From Marsupella aquatica (Eukaryota; Plantae; Marchantiophyta), in the NCBI GenBank assembly GCA_973895155.1, contig OZ316898.1, forward strand, positions 8,295,079 to 8,359,078: a stretch of DNA of 64,000 nucleotides, given 5' to 3'. The notes beneath the pieces were generated by a model, which saw only the letters and a list, made by a program, of their open reading frames with translations, did not search any database and was not told where the DNA came from. The translations under genes were made by a program, and so were the position numbers. Position 1 is the first letter of the stretch; each line of letters starts with the position of its first letter. Of this stretch, positions 52,501 to 64,000 are shown piece after piece.

Positions 52501-55500
52501 TCCAGGAGAATGCAGTAGAACTCCTTCGTCCTGGACAACCATTTCTTATTAATGCAGGGGACTACTTTGCTTCACCGAAATGAAGCTCAGGAGAATAATC
52601 TGATGTCATAAACACTACGCCTTCCGATGCTAATATGTCAAATGAAGGTTTTGACCATTTCATGAGATGCCGTGAAGCTATCCTGGTAGGGTCCCTTGAT
52701 AAGATAAAACCAATCTACCTTGTGCTGAGATACTGTAGAGCCAAGTTGATCACTCTGTCAGGAAGATAGCCACCCTCCCGAACAATACCTAGAAGGGCCA
52801 TATAAGACTCCAAAAATTTCCCGGCAAACTGTTTCTGGAACATCTGAGCAAATCCCTTGTTCTCTGCTTTTGACATCTTCGGGTCTCCAAACCTGAGCGC
52901 AGCAACAGAATAAATCATACAGCACACAGACTATGATGCGTCTAGACAACGAATGTGCAATATGATGTGCAAATCTTGGATATGACCAAGAGCCTCATTT
53001 CTAATTAGTCTGCGAAACAACAAAGCAAACAACCGTCAAGACTTACCTATTGTACAACCGATTCATGATATGTAGTGTCCATTTCTTTACTTTCCACCAT
53101 CCCCATACCTTCCGCAGCTCTGGGTCGGTTGGCTGGCCATCTACAGGTACTGGTCTCTCAAGCAAATTATGAAAGCAAGCCATCCAAGCAGTGAAGGTGT
53201 TGGCATCATGCAACAATTTGGGAATCTCGAGCTGTTGACACAAGAAAGACAGATATTAGCCCATCAAGAAAAACACCCCTGGCACAACGATATAACATTT
53301 CCCTGACCGCGACTGTCCCGCAAACCCTCAGTCGACTGTATATCCCCATCAAATAGCTCCACCACATGGATAGACAGAACTAGACTACACAAACTCTAGC
53401 ATCTACCTCACATATCAGACAGATTATATCATCGTAACCCAATATATTAATTTGTCAAAATTGAATATGTCGATCACAAATACACAGGATCGAAACTTCG
53501 AAAGTCAACATGCAGGGTTAACAGAAGCAGGAGAATATCGCTTGATGTCTACTAACCAGAGGTGAATACTTACATATGACGAAGACCAGAAAATCTTGCA
53601 GATAAGCTTGATCAAATCCGCAATCTCAATCGGGGGGTTAGGAATAGAAAGGAGATACTTGAATATCTCTAAAAGAACTGGAAACGTGGTGTTAATTATA
53701 AGGTACACTGGTGTCCTTTCCTCCTCGTCCTTGAATCTGAAAATCATAATATCCCAAACAAGTACATCTGTCAGAAGAATACAGATTCTCTAACATCAAT
53801 CTCCACGACGGAAGTAAAGAAATAACAACGGAAGACTTTATGCTCAGAATTTGGGTAAATAATATGCCCCGAAATGGTTCCCAAGAGCCGACATTGGCAA
53901 GGGTGACTCAGACCACCCCTCTAGCAGGTGTCCATTCTCAAGCTCCAAAACATGTCCTAAGATCAACAGGCGCTGAGGATTCTCGAACATACTCATATTT
54001 TCGGGTAAGTATTCTCAGAGCATAAAGTGCTCCATATATGCGTCGTTGGTCCTGTGATTTCAGATTCAAGTCAACGGAATGAAGAAGGTTTGGCCAATTG
54101 TCTGGATAGTCTGCATGTATGACTGTCTTCACGCACTCACCGAGCTGTACCCTGTACACGACAGAGCAATATTGTAAGGTTAACCTCCTGTACAATCGGC
54201 AGTAATGGATGCTCCAAGAGATTCTTTCATAGTAATCATTAGACAGCATTTAATGCCCTAATTGTCCACTTTGTATGGCTAAAACGATTGGCTAAAACTT
54301 CTTTCGGGGTTGTTACTTTATCTCTTTCTTACTTTGATCCCTTAATTGTCCACCTTGTGTGGCTAAAACGATTGGCTAAAACTTCTTTCGGGGTTGTTAC
54401 TTTATCACTTTCTTACTTTGATGCCTAATTGTCCACCTTGTGTGGCTAAAACGATTGGCTAAAACTTCTTTCGGGGTTGTTACTTTATCACTTTCTTACT
54501 TTGATGCCTTAATTGTCCACCTTGTGTGGCTAAAGAGGTAAAGTACCATCCCCGAACTAGTGACAATTCCACGCTTCCATGAGGCACAAATTTAAACTCT
54601 GGCGCATTCCGTGAGCTCTCGTAATGCGAAGTCGACATTAAAACCGACTCGTACTATTGCTTTATGAGGATCGAAATGCGGCATATTAATTCCTTATTCA
54701 GTCCCCAGCAATCAGATAAATAGAAAGAAGTTGTGTACACACCTAATGATTGGTGGAGCATGTATGATTGCTTCAAGTAAATGCTCACGAACAGTCGCTT
54801 TGTCCCCCTTAGTAAGCCCCGGTGACTCACCATCAGCACCGTATGTTACAAGTACACCTGCAGCATAGGATACAAGTATACGCTCATCAACGTTGCAAAC
54901 CTTAATTTTTCCACAAACCACGAAGGAAAGGAAAAAGGACTGAATAGCGAGGAAATGAAACTTACCACGAGGCGTCCATTGTTTGGCACTCACGTTCTTG
55001 AAGTAAATACTAGCAATTTGGCGTATAGAGAGATCTAAACTGGGTTCTACAATTATTTGAAGGAGTCCAACCAAGTGCCCTGGCGCGAGTTGAAACTGAC
55101 AATGGGACACAAAAGAATTCCTTGAAGTCAGAATTAAAATGCACTAGGTTTCCACATCCAGACAATTCTCTAGGTGCTACAGAATCAAAGCTTGTATTTT
55201 TATTACAAGACTCACAACGTCTCCGGCTCCCCTAAAACAACCCCCAAAATAAATAAATTGTATTGCCGATAGCTTTCAGATCACAACGTTTAATTAAGTG
55301 GTAAGATCGTTGTCTCCGTGGGTATCTATCTGGCACGCTGGCAATGTTTTGCACTAGTAGCTCAATGATGTCCCGTCCGGTCATCAACTCCAGGCTTGGC
55401 GACGAACGAGTCACGCATTCCTAGCAAAAGCTTTCCATTGAAATGTGGTAATTTAATGGTAGTACCGCTTCACATATACGGGCAGTCTGTCCTCAAGGTC

Positions 55501-55990
55501 GACAGAACGTAAAGGCGATACATATCCGGTCGATCTCAAGGTTGTAACATCCATTTTTTGCGTAGCACGGACACCAACGATGACAAACATAGCTGATGTT
55601 GCATTGGCTAGATAGGTTGTAGAATCCGAGAATCCAATTCACATCCAAGTAATCCAAGAAGGAGGAAACGACCATGAGTTCTTGAACTTGCTTCCCAACA
55701 AAAAAGTGCCGATCACCAAAAATGGTCGACTAGTGACGGGCACACGATGGCGCAAACAACAAGGGCCAGAGGACATGTCGCTGGGTTCCTTGAAGCAAGG
55801 TAGGTGGTCTTCGTTGGATAGGACAGTCTCGATTCTTCTGGCAATCTCCGAAAAGAAATGCTGATGTGTACACGTTGAGTGAGGGTCTGAAATAAAAAAC
55901 CTGATTGAGACGCTCCTCTCCAGCTTTACGTTCCTCCGGAACAGTGCTGAGAGCCAACTGTAAAACTGAAGCTAGCGTTGGCAGATCCAT
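46579..55990 (-). CDS. SAD2: Importin beta-like SAD2 (importin-7/8 family), 1043 aa, 22 coding exons
   Basis: Exons 55990-55901, 55095-54966, 54857-54743, 54151-53993, 53736-53574, 53231-53047, 52892-52719, 52370-52225, 51953-51830, 51569-51389, 51065-50906, 50678-50637, 50391-50273, 50161-49963, 49692-49561, 49338-49235, 48727-48548, 48328-48189, 47849-47701, 47382-47234, 46978-46855 and 46745-46579 sum to 3132 nt with consistent phases. The IBN_N start [76 protein letters not shown] and an acidic C-terminus are present. Confidence 0.95.
54253..54534. repeat. ~84-bp tandem repeat (3.3 copies) in SAD2 intron 3
   Basis: TAATTGTCCAC unit starts at 54259, 54343, 54426 and 54510; copies are near-identical. 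Confidence 0.95.
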
Positions 55991-56489
55991 TTTGATTCAC
56001 GCCGGAACCGATCTGAGGTGCAGGCAATGACAGTGGTCGAACATTCAGCATCAAACTCAAAAAATCTCAATCCAACCCAAGCCATTACCTACCACTACGC
56101 ACGTACTCTCCCGCTACCAGCGAGCTAGTAAACAGTGCCAAATACCAGATGGGATGAAAGTACGAAGCCACAGGAGCAAAAGGCAGTGTAATTTTGGACC
56201 AACTGCCTAGTGATCAACAGAAGAGCCAGCTTCCGGATTCCACATCCAATAGTCAACTTAAAATTCAAACACTCAATCTCGAGCAGGCCCCGGAATGAAA
56301 GCACAATTTCTCACTCACCACCGTCAGTGCCACTAGTCGAACTCTCAATTGCACTACCTGCTGCTTCCAGAGTTCCTCCTGCGGTCTCGGTCAACAGCAT
56401 TGATAAACCCTTCCTGCCAGCCTGCTATCCCTTTCTCCCCCTCGTCCAGTCCAACACTCGCGAGAATCACCTAAATGAGTTTTCCTCCA

Positions 56490-57088
56490 CTCTGCTTCCC
56501 CGATTCAGCTAGCTCTACCCTTCAATCAATGAATCCGTTCGCGGAGAAGTTTCCACTGTCATCACAATCTTGAGCCTACCGGCGGATCATTCCTCCATTG
56601 TATGACACATCATCAGACACAGCTCTCGTCTCCTCTGTAACTCCTGTCTTTCCCCCGATTCTGCAAGCTCGACCGTCCAATCAACAAATCGCCTCGCGGT
56701 GGCGTCAAAATCTTGTCAAGGCAACCGGCGCAAGACGCCTCAGTTCCATGACACACCAGACACAGCTCTCGTCTCCTCGATCACCACTCACTTTCCCCCG
56801 ATTCAGCACCCTCCACCATCCAATCAATCAAGTGAATCGGCTCGCGGAAGGGTTTCCGGCGTCGTCAAAATCTTGGGGCTACGACCGCCCCATCCCTCAG
56901 TAGCACGCCAAACAAATCACCAGTCTCCTCTCACAGCCTAAACACTCTGCCGTGCCTCTGTTTCCACGATCAACGAATCGGCTCGCAGAAGCGTTTCCCG
57001 TGTCGTAAAAATCTCGAGACGACGGCGAAGGGATGCCTGAGTTCCGGAGCTATCTCATATCTATCAGACACCGCTCTCGCCTCGTCTC
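56490..57088. repeat. Four diverged ~150-bp tandem units in the probable SAD2 5'UTR intron
   Basis: CAATCAA..GAATCGGCTCGCGG..CGTCAAAATCTTG..CAGACACAGCTCTCGTCTCCTC recurs from 56523, 56678, 56821 and 56967. Confidence 0.8.
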
Positions 57089-57273
57089 GTACGTGACTGC
57101 CTAGACTACTCAAACGCTGGCGTGACTCTGTTTCAACATTTCAACGAGAAATGTGGATAGAGTGGAAGCTGCTCTTCTGCTTCTTCTCCTTCGTCTTCGT
57201 CTTCGACTCCTTCGCTGGAGTGAGAGTGAGCTCTTACTACGACCGTAGGACTGATGTACACCGAGACTCTGGA

Positions 57274-57303
57274 AAACCCTAACCTAACTCTGGTCACGGG
57301 CCC
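57274..57303 (-). promoter_or_regulatory. Telo-box and site-II-like motif in the SAD2 promoter region
   Basis: AAACCCTAA at 57274-57282 and GGGCCC at 57298-57303, in a CpG-rich stretch upstream of the probable 5'UTR exon. A probable 5'UTR intron spans ~56013-57092. Confidence 0.45.
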
Positions 57304-60300
57304 CACCTCCCCCGCAGGCCGTCGCGCGGTCGCGCTAACCCGACTGACGTTGGGGACTTGGGGTGCGGTCACTGACGGCCGTTGGCAGGATATCATCGTG
57401 TTCCTAACTTCCTATCGACCTACGGTAGGGCGGAAAAAGCGTAGGTACTTATTATTAGCAGGTTTTTGTTTTTTGCGTTGGCAAAACCGAGGAGAGGCTA
57501 GCCTCCTTGACTTAGTTTTGACACTAGTGTAGATGTGGGAACAAGAGCTCATTACACTATTGCTATCCTTTCTCCCGATTTGGTGTTTTTGTCGTTTTGG
57601 GAGTGTGATATGTAACAGATAGATAGATGTGTACCATTACATTCCCAGTGGTCATGTTATTTGTGATGAGATATTGGGGTCAATGGTTTTTTATTTTTTT
57701 AAATAAATCTGTGAAACCCCACATAAAGGGAACACTCAGTCACATCACTTGAACTCAAGATCTATCAGTCACCACTCAGACCAACTACCACTCAGCCATG
57801 CCTCTCTGGGCATTGGGGTCAATGGTAGGCCGTTGGTGTTCAGGATAAGTTTGCATTGGCGGAATGCACCTGGACTTGATCCCCACTGATTGGGATGAGT
57901 GAAGTGGCGAGCTCCTTGTGAGAGGACACAACCATGTGTGAACTTTCTGTAGAGATTGGATGATTGGTGCCATCCACATACACTTTGGCAAGACTGGGCA
58001 AGAGCAGCTTCTCCATGCCCCAAGTCTCCTCTGGTACACCGAGGCACCATCTAGCAGGCCCAGGTCCCGGGTTTAAGAGGAACTTTAGCTGCTGGCTGTC
58101 ATCCCCTGCAATGGGTGAGGATGCTCTTATAGCTCATCACACTATTGCAATGGTGTCTTAGTTTTCCCTCTTTCTAGGTTGTTGGGTTTTGCATTTATCC
58201 TCTTCTTTTGAGTTTGGTGTTTTGTACTAGTTGGACCCCTTTTGCTTCAATTCCATTATAATTTTTTACCCTTTTCCCCTTTAAAAAATGACAGGAAACA
58301 CCAATTTACTGAAAAGTGCCGAACAAAGTGCAATAGAATGAAGTAAAAGCGAAAAAAGGTCCCACAAACACCAAAAGAGAAGAACAATGCAAACCCCCCA
58401 AAACCTAGGAAAGGGTGACGTATTAGATCAAGCTCTGTGGAGACGAAACTTGTCCTGCGTAAAGGCTCGAGGGTTGCATATCGGTGGGCTTTTAGTTTGG
58501 ATTTCTGTTGAGAGTAGATCATTAACTTACTTTAATGTCAAATGATACAAATCTACCATGATCTGCCTATGATAGAATAGACCACGAAATAAAGGTGATA
58601 TCTCTAGCACTGACAGAAACTCTTTGATGTGAAATCAAAAACTATCATAAACAATGCAGAAAATGGAAGGTCATCTACTTACAAAAAAGAAAAAGACAAG
58701 AGCAAATCCTAGCCATTCATAAAAATATAATTTGTTTGCACCATTGGATCCACCCATACACGCCTCATGCTTGACTTGCCCCAAGTTGTCTTACTCTTGC
58801 CCACGCCTACTATGACAAAATAATTTAAAAATTGAATTTAAGCTTAAGAACATCAAATCAAACAAAGAAAAGAAAAGAAACAAAGAATTCTCTCTCCTGT
58901 TGCATGACCGTGCTTGGACTCTGCGACCACAATCACCCATCTTGCATCAAAGTGCCCTCCCCTCCCCAACAAGAACCTTTCACAACTTTAACTAACATTG
59001 ACTATTCATTGACGATAGCCATATGGTCGCAATGAAGATTGACTCAATTATTTGACTATTTTCTGCACACTAAACTTGCACACCCTCTACCATGGCTGCA
59101 ACAGCAACATGGCCATAATGACAGCATGGTTACCACGACCACAATGATGCAACAACAATATGGCTGCAATGACAATCTTGCAATGCACGAGCACTGGAAT
59201 TCCCCAATTCTTCCCCCAAGCAATGCCATGGCATTGTGTTTGAAAATGGGAAAAAACTGATGTCCTGACTAAAACTACATTTCAACTCGAACACATTGTC
59301 ATTTTAACACAACGTCCTGGCAGACGCTGTGTTTGAGTTGCAAAAATATCTTGACAACATTTGCCAAAACAATTGTACAGACAGTAGTTCCTCTTGGCAA
59401 ATCAATAACCAGTTGGCCTAAAGTGAACCTATAGACTTTTTTGCTTCAATTGTGGCTGATCTGTGCAAGTAGTTGGCATCGGATGAGGAGCTCCATCTAG
59501 GATACTGCACATGAGGCATTTGCAATTCTCTTCAATCACCTCAGCGGACATTGATACCTTGATACCTTGATACCCTGATAGTTTACATACCTCCCATAAG
59601 GAATAAGGAATAAAAAAGCTATGGAGAAAAGACAGAAGGAGATCAGGGAGGAATCCACCTGGAAACTTCCTTAACGACTCAGATACAGACTTCAACATCC
59701 AGGAAGGTGAAAGAACATTTGCACAGCTTGTTATGGGGAAAATCACTAATTCGATCAGGAGGTGGTTGAAGTTGAATCTTTGGAGTCAACTCAAAGGGGT
59801 GCTGGCATCTTTGGTCCTACGGGGATAAGTAAGAAAGCTGAAATTGTTGAAGCTGCAAAGCCACCCAGTTGATGTTTTGTATTAAATATTTGCTCTCAGT
59901 CTCCCCTGTAATTTCAGTGTTTTTGGCACCCTAAATTCTTCTCGACACAATGCCAAAACTTGAATACAACACTAATTTTTGAATGTGACCTGCAAGCAAA
60001 AAATACTAAAACAGAGAGTCAGAACTTGGAACACAACTCCAGGGGTGCAGTACTCGACTGGAGCATCCCTTGGCACACTATTCAAATACAGCAGCATGGC
60101 GGTGTGTTGGGGGGGGGGGAGATAAGTATACTTATCATAAACCAAAACATCACAATTTAACATCAGTCGTACGAATATTCATAAGATATTTTGATCAAAA
60201 ATTACTCGTGTATGATTCTGTTGGTAAAATTAGTGATCATTGGTTGGTTAAATTAGCCAACCATGGGTTTGAGGTCAAAATTGGCCGGATAAGAGACCTT

Positions 60301-63300
60301 GCTTAGATGAGCCAGAATACACTGCTATTGCAGCATATTCTGTGAGTCACTTGTTCATTGTTATTTCTGTAGTCATTGATTCATCCTCCACAAGTTGAGG
60401 ACAGAAAAATACCAGGGAAAGGAATATTCCAGTTGAAACCCAAAGCAGGATAGAGGTTGAACCAGAACTACCAATGCAAGAAAATTTTCAGTTGTCTTCA
60501 GCCAGTCCAATTTATTTTAGATGTAAAGCTTTAGAATTGATTGGTAGTTTGCACTAGAGTTTGTCCTCCATTGCCTTCCCTCGGTTGGTGGCAAGATTCT
60601 ATTTCTCACCTCTTCCTTTCCTTACTTCTTCTCTCTTCACTTTTAGTTCCAAGTCTTTCAGTCTTTCCCCCAGTTTTGTTCCACTTCCTCTTTCAAGGTT
60701 TGCATTCTATTTCCTCCCGAATTGATGGGTCTCTTGCATTCTTTTTAATCTAAGCCTCTCCTTATGTTGATGGTCTTGAGTTTGACTTACGATAAATAAT
60801 ATTCTAATCTACAGTAGGTTATTACTTTTACATCTGATACTCTAACATGCCCCCCTGAGATTGAGATTGTTTGGTCGGTGGTTCAAGGGTTGCACTGATG
60901 TTTGACAGGGCTGTGCATGAGAATAGCATCATTTAAAAGAAAAGGAAAACCTTTTGCACTTTGTTGAAAATGACTTAACGTCTTCCACATGCGAAAGTAA
61001 TTAAAGCTGCCAATAGGCAGTACTATTCTGCATATTCCCAGAGCTAGCAACTTCAGCTCATGGGAAAGACGTCTACCATAGATCTTAGTTAACGCAACAA
61101 ATAAATAATAATTAAATTTTGGAACTCACTGACAATATTCTAGAGTGTCTGTGAAACCTCCAGAGAATCTTGTGATGCAAATTTTAAGAACATTTTGATA
61201 TACATTGACTTTTCACTGTGTAATTCTTTCCAAATATAGAAAACCAAAACAGGGGGCTCAAATTTTGGCAATCTGATTTTACTGAAATAAAAAAAGTGAT
61301 TAATATTTTTTGTAGGCCCGTAGGCAAACCAGATGGCACTACGTTTTTGCTGTAGAAGCCCAAATCTAAGAGGAGGTTACAATTTAGGATTTTGCTTTGC
61401 TTTAAATTTGAGAACTTTCTAGAAACTCATTTCTTAGTTTGTCCTAAAAGAGAAGCTGATGTTATAGGGAAGGCAAGATGTACACCAACTTATTGTTTCC
61501 TATTCCAATCCTTGATGAGTCCCAAGTCTAAAAACTTCTAGTTCCAGAAAACTGTTCACTTAACCTCTTAAGTTCTCCTTGGAGACTTTTCTCCCAAACC
61601 TTGTTGTACTATGTTGGCATTTTTTCAGTAAAATAGTTCTTCTCTCTCAAGTAAAAGTCAAGCATTCCTTTGAGTCCATAGCTCCAGATTGTGCACAATT
61701 TCTAACCTGTCCCCCAAACTATTATAATGATTAGATTGACCCCCATTTTGATGGGGGTTACTCTACTCCTGTACTCAACTCAAGGTCATACCACATTGGT
61801 TGTCTACCATGTGGTAAGGAGCTATTGGCCCAGCTGACCAAACAGTATCCTGTAACTCCCTAACCCAGGCCTCCTCATTCTGAGTATGAAAAATATGTGA
61901 GTAAACGGTCAGCTCCCTCATGTACATTGCACACATCCAGGCCCTATGCCAGCTACCTCCCTGCCTTCCTGTTTTTAGAAAATGCAGCCCCAACGACAGG
62001 GCTGCTCCCTCCTTTTTTCATGCTCAGCTCCTTCCCCTCCATCATGGTTGAAAGTACAAACCCAGGCCGGCTTGATTTCTCACATTGCGTGGCCAACAGC
62101 ACCTTGCCATGTGGCAAACAACTAGTGCGGAATGATCTTGGGTGAAGCACAACAGAAAGAATAACCCATATACTAAATTAAGGGCCAACATAATACAATA
62201 ATTTGGGGGACAGAATTAGAATAATGGTCAGTTTTCCATTTACCAAATGAGGGCCAACATAATAATTACAATAATTTGGGGATAGATTGAGAATAATGGT
62301 CAGTTTGCGGTACAGGGTAGTAAACAAGGGTTGCTGCATATTGGGGTCGTAAGAATTTCTATGTATTTTATAGGTATCAATGGTCATAGTTTCAGACAGA
62401 AAACGCTATATTCACTACAGTACTATTCTTGATGATCGACAGTCACTAAGGGGAGTCCTTCTATTGAAGTGCGCGTAAATTAACTGCTCTGAGACGCGAT
62501 CAGATTGATAATGTCACAATGTTGCTGCATTCTGGTGAGTTTCCTGATCCCATGCCAAAACTCTGGTTACCACTGCTAACTGGGGAATCCTTAACAAAGA
62601 AATCTATAGAAATGGAAACCTTTCCTGAGAGATCATCGATTAGGTAAGGTAGAGGATGGAAAGAGTTGTAGCACCTCCAAGACAAAGTTGGATTCTTGCT
62701 GGTGGTGGACAAGGTAGTACACGTTTTAGTTTCTTGGAGACCACAAGACTGAACTTCTTTCTATTTTTCGGGGAGAAACTTGCTCAGTTTCATTTTCATT
62801 TTCATGCACAAGGTCATGTAGAATTCACAGTGTAAGCAAATTAGAACCAGGTAAAGTACTGCTAATCCAGTGACAACCGAGTGCGCCATCGACTACATAG
62901 TGTAAATTCCCAGAATGAACTGAGCCACTAAATGACCAATCGATGGTCCCAATCATCTACAATCAGAATAATCGACAGCATTTGTCCTTAGGCTGGTTGT
63001 ACCTGATTGAATACTACTGAGACATCAGAAAGCTTCACAGTTGCCCAAACTCTTCTCACATGATTCTTCAAGATTCCCAAGGTCAGCTACGTATATGATT
63101 GATGTAAGAGCTTGTTGAAACTTTACTGAAACCGAGGAGGCGAAACAAAATGATGGTCAAATGTTTTCAGAGTGTAGCATTCCACTTTTGTGCATTTCTC
63201 TCCAGTGGTTATGATACACAAGAGCCTTGTTGCAACAGACAAATGATTGCCATCCACTTTAGCTTAACAACCTATTCAGAAATTCTGAGTAAGAGATGTC

Positions 63301-64000
63301 CGTGATTTTCCAATTGCGCCTTAGTTCTCTGGATTCGGGACGTGGGGGATTCTTCGGGACTCATCCCTGAGTGTACAACATTAGAAAGAACTACATGGAG
63401 CGTATATCCATTGCTCGGCGAAAGGCTAACTTCCAGGACTATGAGGTTATGCCTCACGTTTCCTCTGAATCTCCATTACCAGCCACCTCCATGTTGCTGG
63501 CGATTCTTTACAGCCAGCCATTAATTGTTATTTCACCGTTGTATGGACAGCCAAGGCATCACAAACATGAGTTACGTATGCCAAGCATGTTGAGCAGACA
63601 TAAGGCTGTCAACAGCAGGACCCGGAGAACAAGTCAGGATCCTTGTGAAGTACATTGAGATTCCTCCGACTCTTGCATTAATAGAATTTCTTTCTCCAGC
63701 TTGTAAGACATGACTTGCCGGCCAAAAGGGACCAGTAAATTGTATTTCAAAACCTGCCACCACACCAAGAAGCTTCAGCAATGTCGAGCAGTCCTTTTGA
63801 CCCTGAAAGTGACTTGTCTTACGGATCAAGATACTATTTGGCAGCCGACGTACAAACGCTACAGACATACTTTAGACCCCATCTTGCCGTGGAATCAAAA
63901 GAGAAATTAGATGAGGAATGTACTTATCCTCCAATTGTCGTGGTTCAACAGCTTGTGATTTCCTCTGTTGTTACCAATCCTATTGTTCAATTGGATAGCA

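Noticed and set aside
52583-52593. AAGCTCAGGAG match to the 5' part of miR390
   Set aside because: Only 11 nt match and there is no hairpin.
20026-55990. Functional cluster of RIF1 (PP1 adaptor) + PPP phosphatase + importin
   Set aside because: SLP2 is a bacterial-like phosphatase, not PP1. Co-orientation of three unrelated housekeeping genes is expected by chance.
57800-64000. Short ORFs and LINE/gag-like scraps in the right-hand region
   Set aside because: I found no consistent exon chain or diagnostic domain. It is probably degenerate TE sequence or the 3' part of a gene outside the window.

Overview
Eukaryotic land-plant genomic DNA; a bryophyte-grade plant is my inference from the repeat style and is not proven. 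Three intron-containing genes, all on the minus strand, can be reconstructed by hand. (1) A RIF1 (telomere-associated/replication-timing) homolog at ~20.0-27.2 kb: its downstream ~5 kb of coding sequence is clean, but its 5' exons carry clustered frameshift, stop and splice lesions. (2) A 3-exon Shewanella-like phosphatase SLP2 at 39.4-42.0 kb. (3) A 22-exon importin-beta SAD2/importin-7/8 gene at 46.6-56.0 kb (1043 aa, one GC-AG intron). A fourth, unidentified gene probably starts at ~8.0 kb and runs off the left edge across a ~7 kb intron. The intergenic DNA is a nest of repeats. It holds three copies of a non-autonomous Helitron family with canonical hairpin+CTAG 3' ends but non-canonical TTA-type 5' ends; two of them sit head-to-head in one ~55-bp satellite, and one has stacked 3' ends and carries a LINE fragment. 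There is also a 1.5-kb TGT...ACA insertion (solo LTR or Ginger-like) whose 4-bp TSD is confirmed by an empty-site copy in the same window, plus MITE-like elements, LINE remnants and many short tandem duplications. A possible orphan box C/D snoRNA lies downstream of SLP2. No rRNA, intact tRNA or CRISPR was seen. All calls come from manual reading with no database searches.
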